Positions 1-12,400 of a DNA stretch of 64,000 nucleotides are shown here, in pieces; positions within the stretch are counted from its first letter, which is position 1; each line of letters starts with the position of its first letter. A program made the translations under genes and the position numbers. This DNA is from Pseudomonadota bacterium (GTDB lineage Bacteria; Pseudomonadota; Gammaproteobacteria; Burkholderiales; SG8-39), in the NCBI GenBank assembly GCA_025352885.1, contig JANXRZ010000102.1:2205-66204 (forward strand). The letters are read 5' to 3'. The notes under the pieces were generated by a model. That model searched no databases. It was not told where the DNA came from and saw only the letters and a program-made list of their open reading frames with translations.

Positions 1-11
1 AGCGCCAGGCG

Positions 12-1322
<1,311 letters not shown>

Positions 1323-1346
1323 CGCAATAAGAACAGGAGGCGTGCC

Positions 1347-1802
1347 GTGGCCAGTAGGGCAGACTCGTTAGCTCCGCCGGTGGAGATCCTGCTGGTCGAA
1401 GACAATCCGGGCGACGTGCGGCTTACGCGTGAAGCGCTTCGCGAAGGAAAGGTCTACAACAACCTGCACTGGGCCAAGGACGGCGTCGAGGCGCTCGAGT
1501 TTCTGCGCCAGGAAGGCGCGCATGCAAAGGCTCCGCGCCCCGACATCATCTTGCTCGACCTCAACCTGCCGAAAAAAGACGGCCGCGAGGTGCTCTTGTC
1601 GATCAAGAATGACGACCGCTTCAAACAGATCCCCGTGGTCGTGCTGACGACCTCGGAGGCCGAGGAGGACGTCCTGCGCAGCTACGAGCTGCATGCGAAC
1701 TGCTACATCACCAAGCCGGTCGACTTGGAAAAGTTCATCACCGTCGTGCAGTCGATCGACCGGTTCTGGCTGACGATCGTCACCCTCCCGCCCACGAGGT
1801 GA
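1347..1802 (+). CDS. Single-domain response regulator (CheY-like receiver, Rcp1-like)
   Basis: Motifs ILLVEDNPGDVRL, DIILLDLNLPKKDG, VVVLTTS and NCYITKPVD. GTG start is preceded by AGGAGG at 1335-1340. Confidence 0.9.
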   Translation: MASRADSLAPPVEILLVEDNPGDVRLTREALREGKVYNNLHWAKDGVEALEFLRQEGAHAKAPRPDIILLDLNLPKKDGREVLLSIKNDDRFKQIPVVVLTTSEAEEDVLRSYELHANCYITKPVDLEKFITVVQSIDRFWLTIVTLPPTR

Positions 1803-3556
1803 CGAACGTGGACGTGTCGGCGCTGGACGGGCTCCAGACCGTCCTGCTGATCGAGGACAATCCGGGCGACGCCCGCCTGATCCGGGAAATGCTCCTCGAG
1901 GAACCGGCCTCCCCCTTCCACTTGGACTGCGCCGATCGCCTCACCCGCGGGCTCGAGTCGCTCGCGAAGGGCGATGTCGCGCTCGTGCTGCTCGACCTGT
2001 CGCTGCCGGACAGCCAGGGCCTGGAAACTTTCGCAAAAGTCTACGCGCACTCCCCGAAGATCCCGATCATCGTGCTCACCGGCAACGACGACGAGGCACT
2101 CGCGCTGTCCGCGGTCAAGAGCGGCGCGCAGGATTACCTGGTCAAAGGCAAGACCGACAAGCAGTTGCTCGTGCGCGCGATGCAGTATTCGATCGAGCGC
2201 AAACGCTACCAGGAAGAGCTCGAGCGCCAGGCCAACTACGACGGCCTCACCGGGCTGCCGAACCGGCACCTGCTGAACGACCGCCTCAAGCAGGCCGTGT
2301 TCGCGCAGCGCAACCCGCGCTCGATCTCGGTGGTGTTCATCGACCTCGACCATTTCAAGGTGATCAACGACAGCCTCGGGCACAACGCCGGCGACGAAGT
2401 CCTGCAGCATGTGGCCGAGAGGCTGCGCCTGGCGGTGCGTGACGGCGACACGGTCGCGCGTCTCGGCGGCGATGAATTCGTGCTGATCCTCGCGGACCAG
2501 ACCAAGGAAGACGTGATCTTCCGGGCAATGAACCGGATCATCGGCAAGGTGAGCGAGCCGCTGACCATCGGCAGCCGCGAGTTCAACATCACCTGCAGTG
2601 CCGGTATCAGTGTCCACCCGCAGGATGGCACGGACGTGGAGACGTTGCTCCAGAACGCCGATGCAGCGATGTACCGCGCCAAGGCTCACGGGCGCAACAA
2701 CTTCCAGTTCTACACTTCCGAGATGAACGCGCTCGCCAACGAGCGCCTGTCGCTCGAGCACAGCCTGCGCCGCGCGCTCGAGCGGAAGGAGTTGCTGCTC
2801 TACTATCAACCGCGCGTGAACCTCGCCACGGGCGTGATCGACGGGGTCGAGGCGCTCTTGCGCTGGCAGCATCCCGAGCACGGGCTCATCCTGCCGGGTC
2901 GGTTCATCGCGCTTGCGGAGGAAACCGGACTCATCGTGCCGATCGGCGAGTGGGTGTTGCGCACGGCGTGCTCGCAGAACCTTGCGTGGCAGAAAGCCGG
3001 GCTACCCGCAGTGGCGGTGTCGGTGAACCTTTCGGCGCGACAATTCTGGGGCGGGGGCTTGGCGCGCATGGTGGGCGCGGCGCTTACCGAGACCGGCAGC
3101 AACCCCGTTCACCTGGAGCTCGAACTGACTGAGAGCATGGTCATGCACGATGCCGAGACGGTGATTGCGACGCTGCGCGAACTGAAGGACCTCGGCGTGC
3201 AACTCTCAGTCGACGACTTCGGTACCGGATACTCAAGCCTGAGCTACCTGAAGCGGCTTCCGGTCGATGCCCTCAAGATCGACGGGGCATTCGTGCGTGA
3301 TATCGACGCCGGCGGCGACGGCGAGGGTGACAGCGGCATCCTGGCCAAGGCCATCATTTCACTCGGCCACAGCCTGCGCCTTAAGGTCGTGGCGGAAGGT
3401 GCGGAGACCGGCAAGCAGGTCGATTTCCTGCGCGAGCAGCGCTGCGACGAGGTGCAGGGCTATTACTTCGGCAGGCCCATGCCCGCCGAGGAATTTGCGA
3501 GCATGCTCAAGTCGGGCACCGGGATCCCACAGCCCGGCTGCCCGCCTTCGGATTAG
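1799..3556 (+). CDS. Response regulator receiver-GGDEF-EAL protein (c-di-GMP turnover)
   Basis: Receiver motifs LLIEDNPGD and LVLLDLSLPD. GGDEF motif RLGGDEFVL. EAL motifs EALLRW and DDFGTGYSSLSYL. The GTG start overlaps the upstream TGA (GTGA at 1799-1802). Confidence 0.92.
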   Translation: MTNVDVSALDGLQTVLLIEDNPGDARLIREMLLEEPASPFHLDCADRLTRGLESLAKGDVALVLLDLSLPDSQGLETFAKVYAHSPKIPIIVLTGNDDEALALSAVKSGAQDYLVKGKTDKQLLVRAMQYSIERKRYQEELERQANYDGLTGLPNRHLLNDRLKQAVFAQRNPRSISVVFIDLDHFKVINDSLGHNAGDEVLQHVAERLRLAVRDGDTVARLGGDEFVLILADQTKEDVIFRAMNRIIGKVSEPLTIGSREFNITCSAGISVHPQDGTDVETLLQNADAAMYRAKAHGRNNFQFYTSEMNALANERLSLEHSLRRALERKELLLYYQPRVNLATGVIDGVEALLRWQHPEHGLILPGRFIALAEETGLIVPIGEWVLRTACSQNLAWQKAGLPAVAVSVNLSARQFWGGGLARMVGAALTETGSNPVHLELELTESMVMHDAETVIATLRELKDLGVQLSVDDFGTGYSSLSYLKRLPVDALKIDGAFVRDIDAGGDGEGDSGILAKAIISLGHSLRLKVVAEGAETGKQVDFLREQRCDEVQGYYFGRPMPAEEFASMLKSGTGIPQPGCPPSD

Positions 3557-4272
3557 GCGAAGTCCGAGGACTGCACTCGCTTCACGCCGGCCTTGGTCAT
3601 GTCGGCCCAGGCCTTGGCGACCGAGCCGTTCAGGTCGATGCCACGCGAGGCGTCCTCGATGACCGAAGCCCTGAAGCCGGCCTTCCGCGCGTCGAGCGCC
3701 GTCCAAGCAACGCAGAAATCGGTCGCAAGTCCTGCAACGTACACTTCCTTGATGCCGCGCGCCTTGAGATACGCGGCGAGGCCCGTGCTGGTCTTGCCGT
3801 CGGCTTCGGTAAAGGCTGAGTAGCTGTCGGTGTCCTTGTGGAATCCTTTGCGGATCACGAGTTGCGCCTGCGGGATGTCGAGGTCCTTGTGCACGGCGGC
3901 GTCCTGCGAGCCCTGCACGCAGTGGTCCGGCCAGAGCACCTGCGTGCCGTAGCGCAGCTTGGTCGTCTCGAACGGCTTCTTGCCCGCGTGGCTGGAAGCG
4001 AACGATGCGTGGCCCGTCGTATGCCAGTCCTGCGTCACGACGACGTTCTCGAACCCCTTGGCAAGCTTGTTGATGATCGGCACGACCTGCTCGCCGCCCT
4101 TGACCGGCAGCGTACCGCCGGTGACGAAGCAGTTCTGCACATCGACCACGATGAGTGCGCTGTCCGCGCCCGGCTTGATCGGCGCAGCCCACGCTCGCTG
4201 GCCAAGGCCTGCCAGGGCAACGACGCCAAATGCGGCAACCGCTTTGAGACTTTCACGACGCTTGCTATCCAT
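3553..4272 (-). CDS. pncA: Nicotinamidase/pyrazinamidase (isochorismatase-like hydrolase) with a Tat-type signal peptide
   Basis: PncA-type motifs VVDVQNCF, QDWH, LWPDHCVQGS, DSYSAF and GLATDFCV. The N-terminus is KRRESLKAVAAFGVVALAGLGQRAWA/AP. Confidence 0.85.
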   Translation of the reverse strand: MDSKRRESLKAVAAFGVVALAGLGQRAWAAPIKPGADSALIVVDVQNCFVTGGTLPVKGGEQVVPIINKLAKGFENVVVTQDWHTTGHASFASSHAGKKPFETTKLRYGTQVLWPDHCVQGSQDAAVHKDLDIPQAQLVIRKGFHKDTDSYSAFTEADGKTSTGLAAYLKARGIKEVYVAGLATDFCVAWTALDARKAGFRASVIEDASRGIDLNGSVAKAWADMTKAGVKRVQSSDFA

Positions 4273-5788
4273 GGGGTTCTCCTTCGATGGGCCAGGGGTT
4301 GGGAGTGCGCCAGGCTTCGGCGCGAAACGACGCTGACCGCAGGACGTCCTGCAGTCGAACGACCTTGCCCATGTGCCCGCCCATCGCCGCGTACGCGGAC
4401 AATGGGAGGGTGAATTCGATCGGCAGCACGAGCGCCGGCGTCGGCACGTAGCCGAACGAGTTGTCCGGCATTGCGAGGATGTCGACCATGACCGTGATCC
4501 CGCCGCCCGGCCAGACGTAGACCGGCGCGCCGCCGCAGGTGACCCGCGTGATCAGGTCTTTCACCGAGCGCGTAAGGCGGACGGGATTTTCGGTCACGCC
4601 TGCCCGCAAGCTTCCGCCGGCACCGCCCATGAAGAGCACGCTGCACAAGGCTGGCTCGCAATTCTCTGCGATGCGATCGACTACGACCTTTACCGGATCA
4701 GGCATCGGCGCTTTATGTGGCTTGAGGTTCTCGTCGAGCACGAACCACTCTGCATCCTCGCCGGTGGTCGAAACCATGAGCAGGCGTAGGCCGGGCCACG
4801 CGGTCTTCGGGTCGATCCTGTCGATGATCGAAAGCGGGTCTTCAACATTGGTGCCGCCCCAGCCCGATCCCGGTTCGGCCACCTTGAAGTAGCGGCCCGG
4901 CGTCGACTTGCGGCCGCGCACGCGGATGCCCGCTGGCTTCATGTCGAGGAACCTGCCGGCCTGGTGCTCCGTCAGCACGCCGGTGATGTGGTCATCGACC
5001 ACGATCACTTCGTCGCAATGATCGAGCCATTGCTGCGCGAAGATGCCGATGGTCGCCGAGCCGCAGCCCACGCGCATGCGTTCCTCGCGCTCGCCGTTCA
5101 CGACCGGCGGCTTGCCGGCCTGCACGAGCACAGTGGAGCCGCCGTCGATCGAAACCTCGACGGCTTCCTTGTTGGAGAGCTTCAACATCGCGTCGCAGGT
5201 CGCGTTGCCTTCCTTCTTGCTGCCGCCGGTCAGGTGATGGACGCCGCCGAGCGCAAGCATCTGCGAGCCGTACTCGGCTGTAGTTACATGGCCGACCGCT
5301 TCGCCGCCCACGCGCACGGCGGCCTGCTCAGGTCCGAGCCAGCGGTCGGTATCGATCTTCAGCTTGAGGCCGCAGTAGCTGAAGATGCCTTCGGTCACCA
5401 CGGTCACCATGTCCACGCCGGACATCCTGGAAGACACGATGAAGGGCGCGGGCTTGTAGTCCGGGTACGTCGTGGTCGAGCCGATGCCGGTCACAAACGT
5501 GTTCTCAGCTGAAACGAGGCTGCCGTCCCAGGGCTTGCCGGGCTCGAAGAAGGGGACGAGCCCTTTACCGCTTTCGACCGAGCGCTGGAGGATCACGAGC
5601 GGATCGCTCCGGACCAGCTTGCCTTCAAGGTTTGCGTATCGGTCACACGCCCCGGACTGGCCCTTGCGGATGCGGCAGAGCACCGGACATGCGTCGCATC
5701 GAATGACCTCGCCCGAGGCCGGCTCGACGGCCGCGCCTGCGCTTTCGGGCGCGTCCTGCGGATCGACGCGGTCGAGGGGATGGCTCAT
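4265..5788 (-). CDS. 6-hydroxynicotinate reductase-like Fe-S protein (family assignment from memory, not searched)
   Basis: N-terminal Cys motif CDACPVLCRIRKGQSGACDRY. It is about 500 aa long. It sits between a nicotinamidase and a Mo-hydroxylase, as in known nicotinate clusters. Confidence 0.55.
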   Translation of the reverse strand: MSHPLDRVDPQDAPESAGAAVEPASGEVIRCDACPVLCRIRKGQSGACDRYANLEGKLVRSDPLVILQRSVESGKGLVPFFEPGKPWDGSLVSAENTFVTGIGSTTTYPDYKPAPFIVSSRMSGVDMVTVVTEGIFSYCGLKLKIDTDRWLGPEQAAVRVGGEAVGHVTTAEYGSQMLALGGVHHLTGGSKKEGNATCDAMLKLSNKEAVEVSIDGGSTVLVQAGKPPVVNGEREERMRVGCGSATIGIFAQQWLDHCDEVIVVDDHITGVLTEHQAGRFLDMKPAGIRVRGRKSTPGRYFKVAEPGSGWGGTNVEDPLSIIDRIDPKTAWPGLRLLMVSTTGEDAEWFVLDENLKPHKAPMPDPVKVVVDRIAENCEPALCSVLFMGGAGGSLRAGVTENPVRLTRSVKDLITRVTCGGAPVYVWPGGGITVMVDILAMPDNSFGYVPTPALVLPIEFTLPLSAYAAMGGHMGKVVRLQDVLRSASFRAEAWRTPNPWPIEGEPHG

Positions 5789-5833
5789 GACAGTGGCAGC
5801 AATTTGGCAGGAAACCCAGTATCCGCGCGGGCC

Positions 5834-8611
5834 TTAGCCATTTTTTGGCAGCAATGCCGCGCGCAGGCGGTGCGGCAGGACGGGCACTTGCCGCATGCGC
5901 ACGCCGGTGGCGTTTTCGATTGCGCCAAGAATTGCGGGCGCCGTGGGAATGAGCCCCGGCTCGCCGACGCCCTTGGCGCCGTACGGCCCGAGCGGTTCGG
6001 GGTTTTCGACGAGGATGCAGTCCATCTGCGGCACGTCGCCGATCGTGGGAATCAGGTAGTCGTGCAGGTTTTCGGTCCGGCCCGGCAGGTACTCTTCCAT
6101 GAGCGCAAGCCCGAGGCCCTGCACAGTGCCGCCTTGGATCTGGCCTTCGACCTGGATCGGGTTGATCGCGCGGCCCACGTCATGCGCAGCGACGATGCGC
6201 AGCACCTTCGTTGTGCCGAGCTCGAGATCGACTTCCACTTCGGCAATCTGCGCGGCGAACGCGTAGCTCGCATACGGCACGCCTTGTCCATCGGCGTCGG
6301 CCGGTGAAGTCGGCGGATCGAAGTAGCCCATGCCGATGAGGCCCTTGCGGATCGGGACGCGATGCGTGACGCCTTTCTTGCGGATCGCGATTTCGGCACC
6401 TTTGCCTCCTTTGCGCTCGAAGGAGAGCAGGTAGGCACGGTCGAGGTACTCGCCCTCGGGCGCATTCGCCATCGCGAAGACCTGCCTGCGAAGGTCGAGC
6501 GCCGCGAGCTCGGTTGCCTTGCCGGAGACGAAAGTCTGCCGCGAGGCGGACGTCTTGCCGGCGTCGGCGGTGAGGTCCGTGTCGCCGGTGATGCGCTCAA
6601 TGGTGTCCATGGGCACGCCCAGCGCATCGGCCGCGATCTGCGTGAGGATCGTGTTGGATCCCTGGCCGATGTCGACGGCGCCGCTGCACAGGGTCACCAC
6701 GCCCTTTCTCGAGACGCTCAGGTGCATGGTCGACGGGTTCGACAGCGACGTGTTGCCGATGCCGTACCACATGCAGCCGATGCCCACGCCGCGCTTGAGG
6801 TGCGTCGATCGCGCATTGAATGCCGCAATTTCTTTTTGCGCGCGCTGCCAGTGAGGCCGCAGTTCTTCGAGGCATTGCCCGAGCCCGGCTGAATGCTCGA
6901 GGATCTGGCCGGTGGCCGTTGCGTCGCCGGCCTTGAGCGCGTTCCTCAGACGGAACTCGAGTCGGTCGAGTCCGATTTTGTCGGCGAGTTCATCCATCAG
7001 CGCCTCATGCGCGATTGCGCCCTGCGGCACGCCGAACCCGCGGAAGGCGCCGGACGGATGGCAATGGGTGAAGAACCCCCGCCCCCGCGTGCGCACGTTC
7101 GGCACGCAATAAGGGCCGGTGGCGTGAATGGGCACCCGCGTCGCGACCGTCGGCCCCCAGCTTGCATAGGCGCCGGTGTCGAACTCGGCTTCGACTTCGC
7201 AGGCGACGAGGCGGCCTTCTGCATCACAGCCGAACTTTGCATGCACACGCGCCGGATGCCGCTTGGTCGTCGAGGCCATGCTTTCCGGCCGCGTGTAGAC
7301 GCATGCGACTTTGCGGCCCGTGAGCCAGGCGGCGATGCCGATGAGCGGTTGCACGGACATGTCGAGCTTGCCGCCGAATCCACCGCCGCAGGCCGTGGGG
7401 ACGATGCGCACCTGCGCGTTCTTCAGCTTCATGACGATCGCCATCTCGTCGCGGTCCATGTAGGGCGTCTGGGTCGTCACGTGGATCTCGATCCTGTCCT
7501 TGACGCGTTCTGCCCAGCCGGCCTCCGGTTCGATGTAAGCGTGCTCGACGAAGGCGGTTTCGAAATCGCCTTGCGCAACCGCCGCGCACGTTGCCAACGC
7601 TTCTGCGGCATTGCCTTTGCGCACGCCGCCGTCCTGCAGCAGGTTGCCCGGGCGGTCCGGCAGGACGAGCGCCGCGTTCGGCGCCATGGCGGCGTCCAGC
7701 CCCATGATCGGCGGCAGGACTTCGTAGGCGATCGGCAGCGTAGATGCATCGAACGCTTCTACTGCCACCCGGGACCCGACGAGCGCAACGACAGCTTCGC
7801 CACGAAAGCGCGTTTTGCCATCGGCCAGCACGGGCTGGTCCTTGATATGCGGGTAAATGCCGAATCCGTTGGAGGGGACATCTTTGGAGGTGAGGATGCG
7901 CACGAGGCCAGGGGTGCGCGCGACGACGGCGTCGAGGTCGCCGAGCGCGAACCTCGCATGATGATGAGGCGAGCGGATCACGCGCAGCCACAGCGCATCT
8001 TTAGGGATTGCATCGGCGCCGAACAGCTCCGTGCCGATCAATCTCGGCACGCCATCTACTTTGGGAACGCGTGCGCCCACTGCGCGTTCAGCTTTCGGCG
8101 GTCGGTCGAGCTTTGGGTGCGAAGCTACATCGAGCACTGCTTCGATAATCTTCTGGTAGCCGGTGCAGCGGCAGAGCACGCCTCCGAGCGCGTCTTTTAC
8201 TTCGTCCTCGCCCGGTTCGGGGTTGCGGGCAAGAAGGTCCGTGGCGGCCATGAGCATGCCCGGCGTGCAGATGCCGCATTGCGCCGCGCCATGTTTCTGG
8301 AATGCGGTTTGCAACGGCGAGAGGGCGTCGGCTTTCATGAGGCCTTCGACCGTGACCACTTCGCGTCCGGCAGCCTGGCCGAGCGCCGTCAGGCAGGCGC
8401 ACACCTGGTGACCGTCGAGCAGCACCGTGCAGGCGCCGCAGTCGCCGGCATTGCAGCCGATCTTGGTGCCGGTGAGATCCAGCTCGTCGCGAAGGACGTC
8501 GGCCAGGCGCGTTACCGGCGGCGCGGTCACCTTCACGGTTTTGCCGTTGACCTTCAGCGAAGTAGTCGCAGCTTTTTCCAGGAACTCCGCGTTGGGCTTG
8601 TTCATGCGCAC
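5834..8611 (-). CDS. Xanthine dehydrogenase-family hydroxylase, fused [2Fe-2S] and molybdopterin-binding subunits (candidate nicotinate dehydrogenase)
   Basis: N-terminal motifs GCNAGDCGACTV and CGICTPG...CRCTGY mark two 2Fe-2S sites. These are followed by a ~750-aa aldehyde oxidase/XDH Mo-binding region (GGGFGGK, GEPG). Confidence 0.85.
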   Translation of the reverse strand: MRMNKPNAEFLEKAATTSLKVNGKTVKVTAPPVTRLADVLRDELDLTGTKIGCNAGDCGACTVLLDGHQVCACLTALGQAAGREVVTVEGLMKADALSPLQTAFQKHGAAQCGICTPGMLMAATDLLARNPEPGEDEVKDALGGVLCRCTGYQKIIEAVLDVASHPKLDRPPKAERAVGARVPKVDGVPRLIGTELFGADAIPKDALWLRVIRSPHHHARFALGDLDAVVARTPGLVRILTSKDVPSNGFGIYPHIKDQPVLADGKTRFRGEAVVALVGSRVAVEAFDASTLPIAYEVLPPIMGLDAAMAPNAALVLPDRPGNLLQDGGVRKGNAAEALATCAAVAQGDFETAFVEHAYIEPEAGWAERVKDRIEIHVTTQTPYMDRDEMAIVMKLKNAQVRIVPTACGGGFGGKLDMSVQPLIGIAAWLTGRKVACVYTRPESMASTTKRHPARVHAKFGCDAEGRLVACEVEAEFDTGAYASWGPTVATRVPIHATGPYCVPNVRTRGRGFFTHCHPSGAFRGFGVPQGAIAHEALMDELADKIGLDRLEFRLRNALKAGDATATGQILEHSAGLGQCLEELRPHWQRAQKEIAAFNARSTHLKRGVGIGCMWYGIGNTSLSNPSTMHLSVSRKGVVTLCSGAVDIGQGSNTILTQIAADALGVPMDTIERITGDTDLTADAGKTSASRQTFVSGKATELAALDLRRQVFAMANAPEGEYLDRAYLLSFERKGGKGAEIAIRKKGVTHRVPIRKGLIGMGYFDPPTSPADADGQGVPYASYAFAAQIAEVEVDLELGTTKVLRIVAAHDVGRAINPIQVEGQIQGGTVQGLGLALMEEYLPGRTENLHDYLIPTIGDVPQMDCILVENPEPLGPYGAKGVGEPGLIPTAPAILGAIENATGVRMRQVPVLPHRLRAALLPKNG

Positions 8612-9450
8612 ACCGCCGCGAGCGTTCTCTTGACGACCGTCAGGGCGGCGTCGATCCGGTATGCGGCGCTTGCCCGGACGTCTTCGATGGGCTTGAGAAG
8701 CGCGAGGTGTTCAATGCGGGCGATCTCCGGCAGGCGCGCATCGAGGGGTTTTCCGGGAAGCGTGTCTTCGAGTGCCGTTAGCCGCAACGCGACAGGTGAA
8801 CACGAGCCGACCGCGATCCTGGCTTTGCGAACGATACCGGCCTCGTGCTCGATTACCACGCTCGCCATGGCAATCGATATGACGAGGTACTTGCGGGCGC
8901 CGAGCTTGAGGAAGTGGCTTTTCGCCTGGAACTGCGGCTTCGGGATGAGGATGGCGGTCATCAGTTCATCCGGCCGCCTCGCGGTGCTGCGCGGTCCGAG
9001 GATGAATTTATCGAGCGGCAGCACGCGCATCGCCTTGGCGCTCGAAAGCTCTACGGTGGCGTCGAGGCCAAGCAGAGCCGGCACGCCGTCCGCCGCAGGA
9101 GAAGCGTTGCAAAGATTGCCCGCGAGCGTGCCGCTGTTCTGGATCTGCACCCCGCCGATCTCGCGTGCCGCAAGTTTTAGCCCGTCGAACACTGGCGGCA
9201 GCTTTGCTTCGAGGACGTCCGTCCAGGTGGTGAGGGCGCCGATGCGCCAGTGGTCGGGCGCCGAGCAGATGCCGCGCAACTCGCCGATTGACGTGACGTC
9301 GAGGATGGCCTCGGTCAGCGGCTTGCCGACCCGCGCCGCATAGTGATCCGTTCCGCCGGCAAGAACGGTGAACGCTCCTCGCGCAAGGTGCTGGAGCGCT
9401 TCATCTGACTGAGTAGGGCGAAGGTAGCGGGGAGCCGAGGACGCAGCCAT
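8602..9450 (-). CDS. FAD-binding subunit of the xanthine dehydrogenase-family enzyme (CoxM/XdhB-like)
   Basis: Motifs LAGGTD and GTLAGNLCNASPAAD. It overlaps the downstream Mo-subunit start by 10 nt. Confidence 0.85.
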   Translation of the reverse strand: MAASSAPRYLRPTQSDEALQHLARGAFTVLAGGTDHYAARVGKPLTEAILDVTSIGELRGICSAPDHWRIGALTTWTDVLEAKLPPVFDGLKLAAREIGGVQIQNSGTLAGNLCNASPAADGVPALLGLDATVELSSAKAMRVLPLDKFILGPRSTARRPDELMTAILIPKPQFQAKSHFLKLGARKYLVISIAMASVVIEHEAGIVRKARIAVGSCSPVALRLTALEDTLPGKPLDARLPEIARIEHLALLKPIEDVRASAAYRIDAALTVVKRTLAAVCA

Positions 9451-9498
9451 GCGCCTATTTTGCCCCTTTTTGTCAGGTTTGAGCCTGGCCCCTTTTTG

Positions 9499-12400
9499 TC
9501 AGGCGGCTTTGCGTTCGGGGCGAAGCTTGAGCTCGCGAAGGCACCGGTCGATCCACTGGGCGGTGAGCTTTTCCTGCACGCCGTTCTGGCCGAGGCGCTG
9601 GTTGAGGGCGGCGAAATCGACCGAATCGAGCGGCTGGTCCTGGTTGAAGCAGGAGAAGACAAACGTCTGCTTGCCGGTTTTGGCGTCGGTATGCGGCTGG
9701 ATGCACTGGGCGCAGATCTCTTTCATCATGCATTGCATCGGGGAGTTGATCGACCCGATACCGACGTGCGAATCCTTAAGGTAGGGCTTCAGCGTCCCGT
9801 GCCGGGCGAGCGCCACCGCGCCCATCATGCGGTCCGACCCGATGGCGATGATGCGGTCGCAGTCCCGGTAGGCGATGACTTGATCACCGAGCGCGCCGCC
9901 TGCGTAGGCTTTCATCGCTTCCACGATATTGCCGACGAAGGTACGGTCCTGCCGCCTCGTTGGCTTGAATCCGGGAGCTTCGTCGCTGCACCACACCACG
10001 ACATCCGCAGCCTTCTCAATCTCCTCCACCTTGTATCGGTCGATCATCTTCTTGTAGCCGGCGAAGTAGAGCACCTTCGATCCGGCTGTGCGCAGGGCCT
10101 GGCCGATCGAGAACAGCACGGCATTGCCAAGGCCGCCGCCGACCAGCACGACTGTTTCATCCGACGGAATTTCGGTCGGCGTTCCCGTGGGCCCCATGAG
10201 GACGACGGGCTCGCCGGGCTTAAGGTAAGCGCACAGGTCCGCCGACCCGCCCATCTCGAGCACGATGGTGGAGAGCAGGCCCTTGCCCTTGTCGACCCAT
10301 GCGCCCGTGAGCGCCAGGCCCTCCATTGCGAGCGTCGTACCCGCAACGCGCGTTGCCAGCGATTCGAAATTCTGCAGGCGATAGAACTGGCCGGGCTTGA
10401 ACTTGCGGGCCGCGACCGGCGCACGCACCACGACTTCGACGATCGTCGGCGTGAGGCGCTTCACCTCGTGGACCACCGGACGCAGGTCCGTGTTGATCGA
10501 TGCGAGGAAGGCTGCATCGTCGAGTTTCGACGCCGCCGGGACTTTTGCGAGCACCCCGCTCACGACCGGATAGCCTTGCTTGGCGCCGCCCATCGCTTTC
10601 ACGACGTTGCCGAAGAACGAAGGGTGCAGGTCGCCGAAGAAGCTGATGAAGCGGCCATCGCCGTTGCGATGCAATAGGACGTCTTTGCGCTCGGGCTTGG
10701 AAATGGCGCGCTCCGGCTTGACCGTGTTCCCGTCTTCGTCACACGCCTCAAAATACTTGCCGTCCAGCTTGAAATTCGCCGCGTCCTCGCGTGCAAGCAC
10801 GGTATTCGGCTGGGTGCCGGCGGCGACGAGCAGTGAGCGGGCCGGCAACGCGGTTGATCCGGCTTCCGCCCATTTGCCGTCCGCGCCCATTGTCTGGACG
10901 GCGAACTGGACGGCCTTTGTATGCCCGAACTCGTCGATCTCGACGCGGATGGGGGAGAGGCCCTCGGCAAACGTGATGCCTTCCTCGAGTGCCTTCTCCA
11001 CCTCTTCGTGGTTCAGCGTGTAGGACGGGCTGTCGACGAGCCTGCGGCGATAAGCGATCGTCACGCCGCCCCAGGATTTAAGCAGCCCGACGTGCTCGGC
11101 AGGTGGCGCTTTACGCAAGGCGCGGCCATGCGCAATGAACTCGTCCGCAATGGCTTGTTCTTCGCGATTCCACGGGGCGCGCACGGCTTGCTCGCCTTTG
11201 CTTGCCACCAGGGAGTCGTAACGCGAAAGGAACTTCGCCACCTGGACGACGTAATAGGCAAGCGATTCGGTGGCCGTGTCGATTGCCGTCAGCCCGCCGC
11301 CGATCACGACGACCGGGAGGCGGATCTGCAGATTGGCGATCGAGTCGGCCTTCGCTGCACCCGTAAGTTGCAGCGCCATTAGGAAGTCGGACGCAGCGCG
11401 CACGCCTCGGGCAAAGCCGTTCGGGATCTCGAGCAGCGTTGGGCGGCCGGCCCCTGCAGCAAGCGCCACGTGATCGAATCCAAGCCCGCCAGTTTCACGC
11501 GATGCGAAGGCATCCTCTGCGGTGATGGTTCCGCCGAACCGCACGCCGCCGAACATCGAGAACTGCGAGCGCCGCTCGAGCAGCAGGCGGATGATCTTGA
11601 GGAAGTTCTTGTCCCAACGCACGGTGATGCCGTACTCGGCGACGCCGCCGAACCCCGCCATGACCCGATCGCTCAGGGATTCGTACAGTTCCTTCACTTC
11701 ACGAATCGCCTTGAAGGGCACGCGTCTGCCCACCGGATCGACGCCGGAATACTCCGCGGGCAGCGGCTCGATCTTGAGCCCGTCAATGGCGACGACCACA
11801 TGCCCGTCGTTCATCAGGTGATGCGAGAGCCCGAAACCGGCCGGGCCGAGCCCGACCACCAATACGCGCTTGCCGCTCGACCCTTTGGGGAAGGGCCGCG
11901 CAAGATGCAGCGGGTTCCAGCGCGTGAGGAGCGAATAGATCTCGAAGCCCCACGGCAGTTCCAGCACGTCCTTGAGCGTACGTGTCTCGGCTTGCGGGAT
12001 GTCGACCGGCGCCTGCTTCTGGTAGATGCAGGATTTCATGCAGTCGTTGCAGATGCGATGGCCCGTCGCCGCGACGATCGGGTTGTCGACGCAGATCATG
12101 GCCAGCGCGCCGAGAGGCTCGCCCCGCGCCTTGAGGAGATGGAACTCGGAGATTTTCTCCTCGAGCGGGCACCCGGCAAGCGTCACGCCGAACACGCTTT
12201 TCCTGTATCCCCCAGCCGGTGCCTTCTCTCGCAGCCCCTTGGAGCAGGAGTCCTTGCCCTGCTCATGGCACCAGATGCAATAGTTGGCCTGGTCGAGCGC
12301 GCCGTTGAGATCCGTCCCCGCATCCGTAAGACCAAATCCTTCCCGCAGGCGCAGGTGGTCGTCGGACAACGTGTGCTGCGGGAACCCTTTCGACTCGTCA

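Noticed and set aside
6893-9343. 816-aa ORF on the plus strand
   Set aside because: It lies entirely antisense to the XDH-family Mo subunit and FAD subunit genes. Its composition is Arg/Ala/Gly-rich and low-complexity, with no recognisable motifs. This is a typical shadow ORF of GC-rich DNA.
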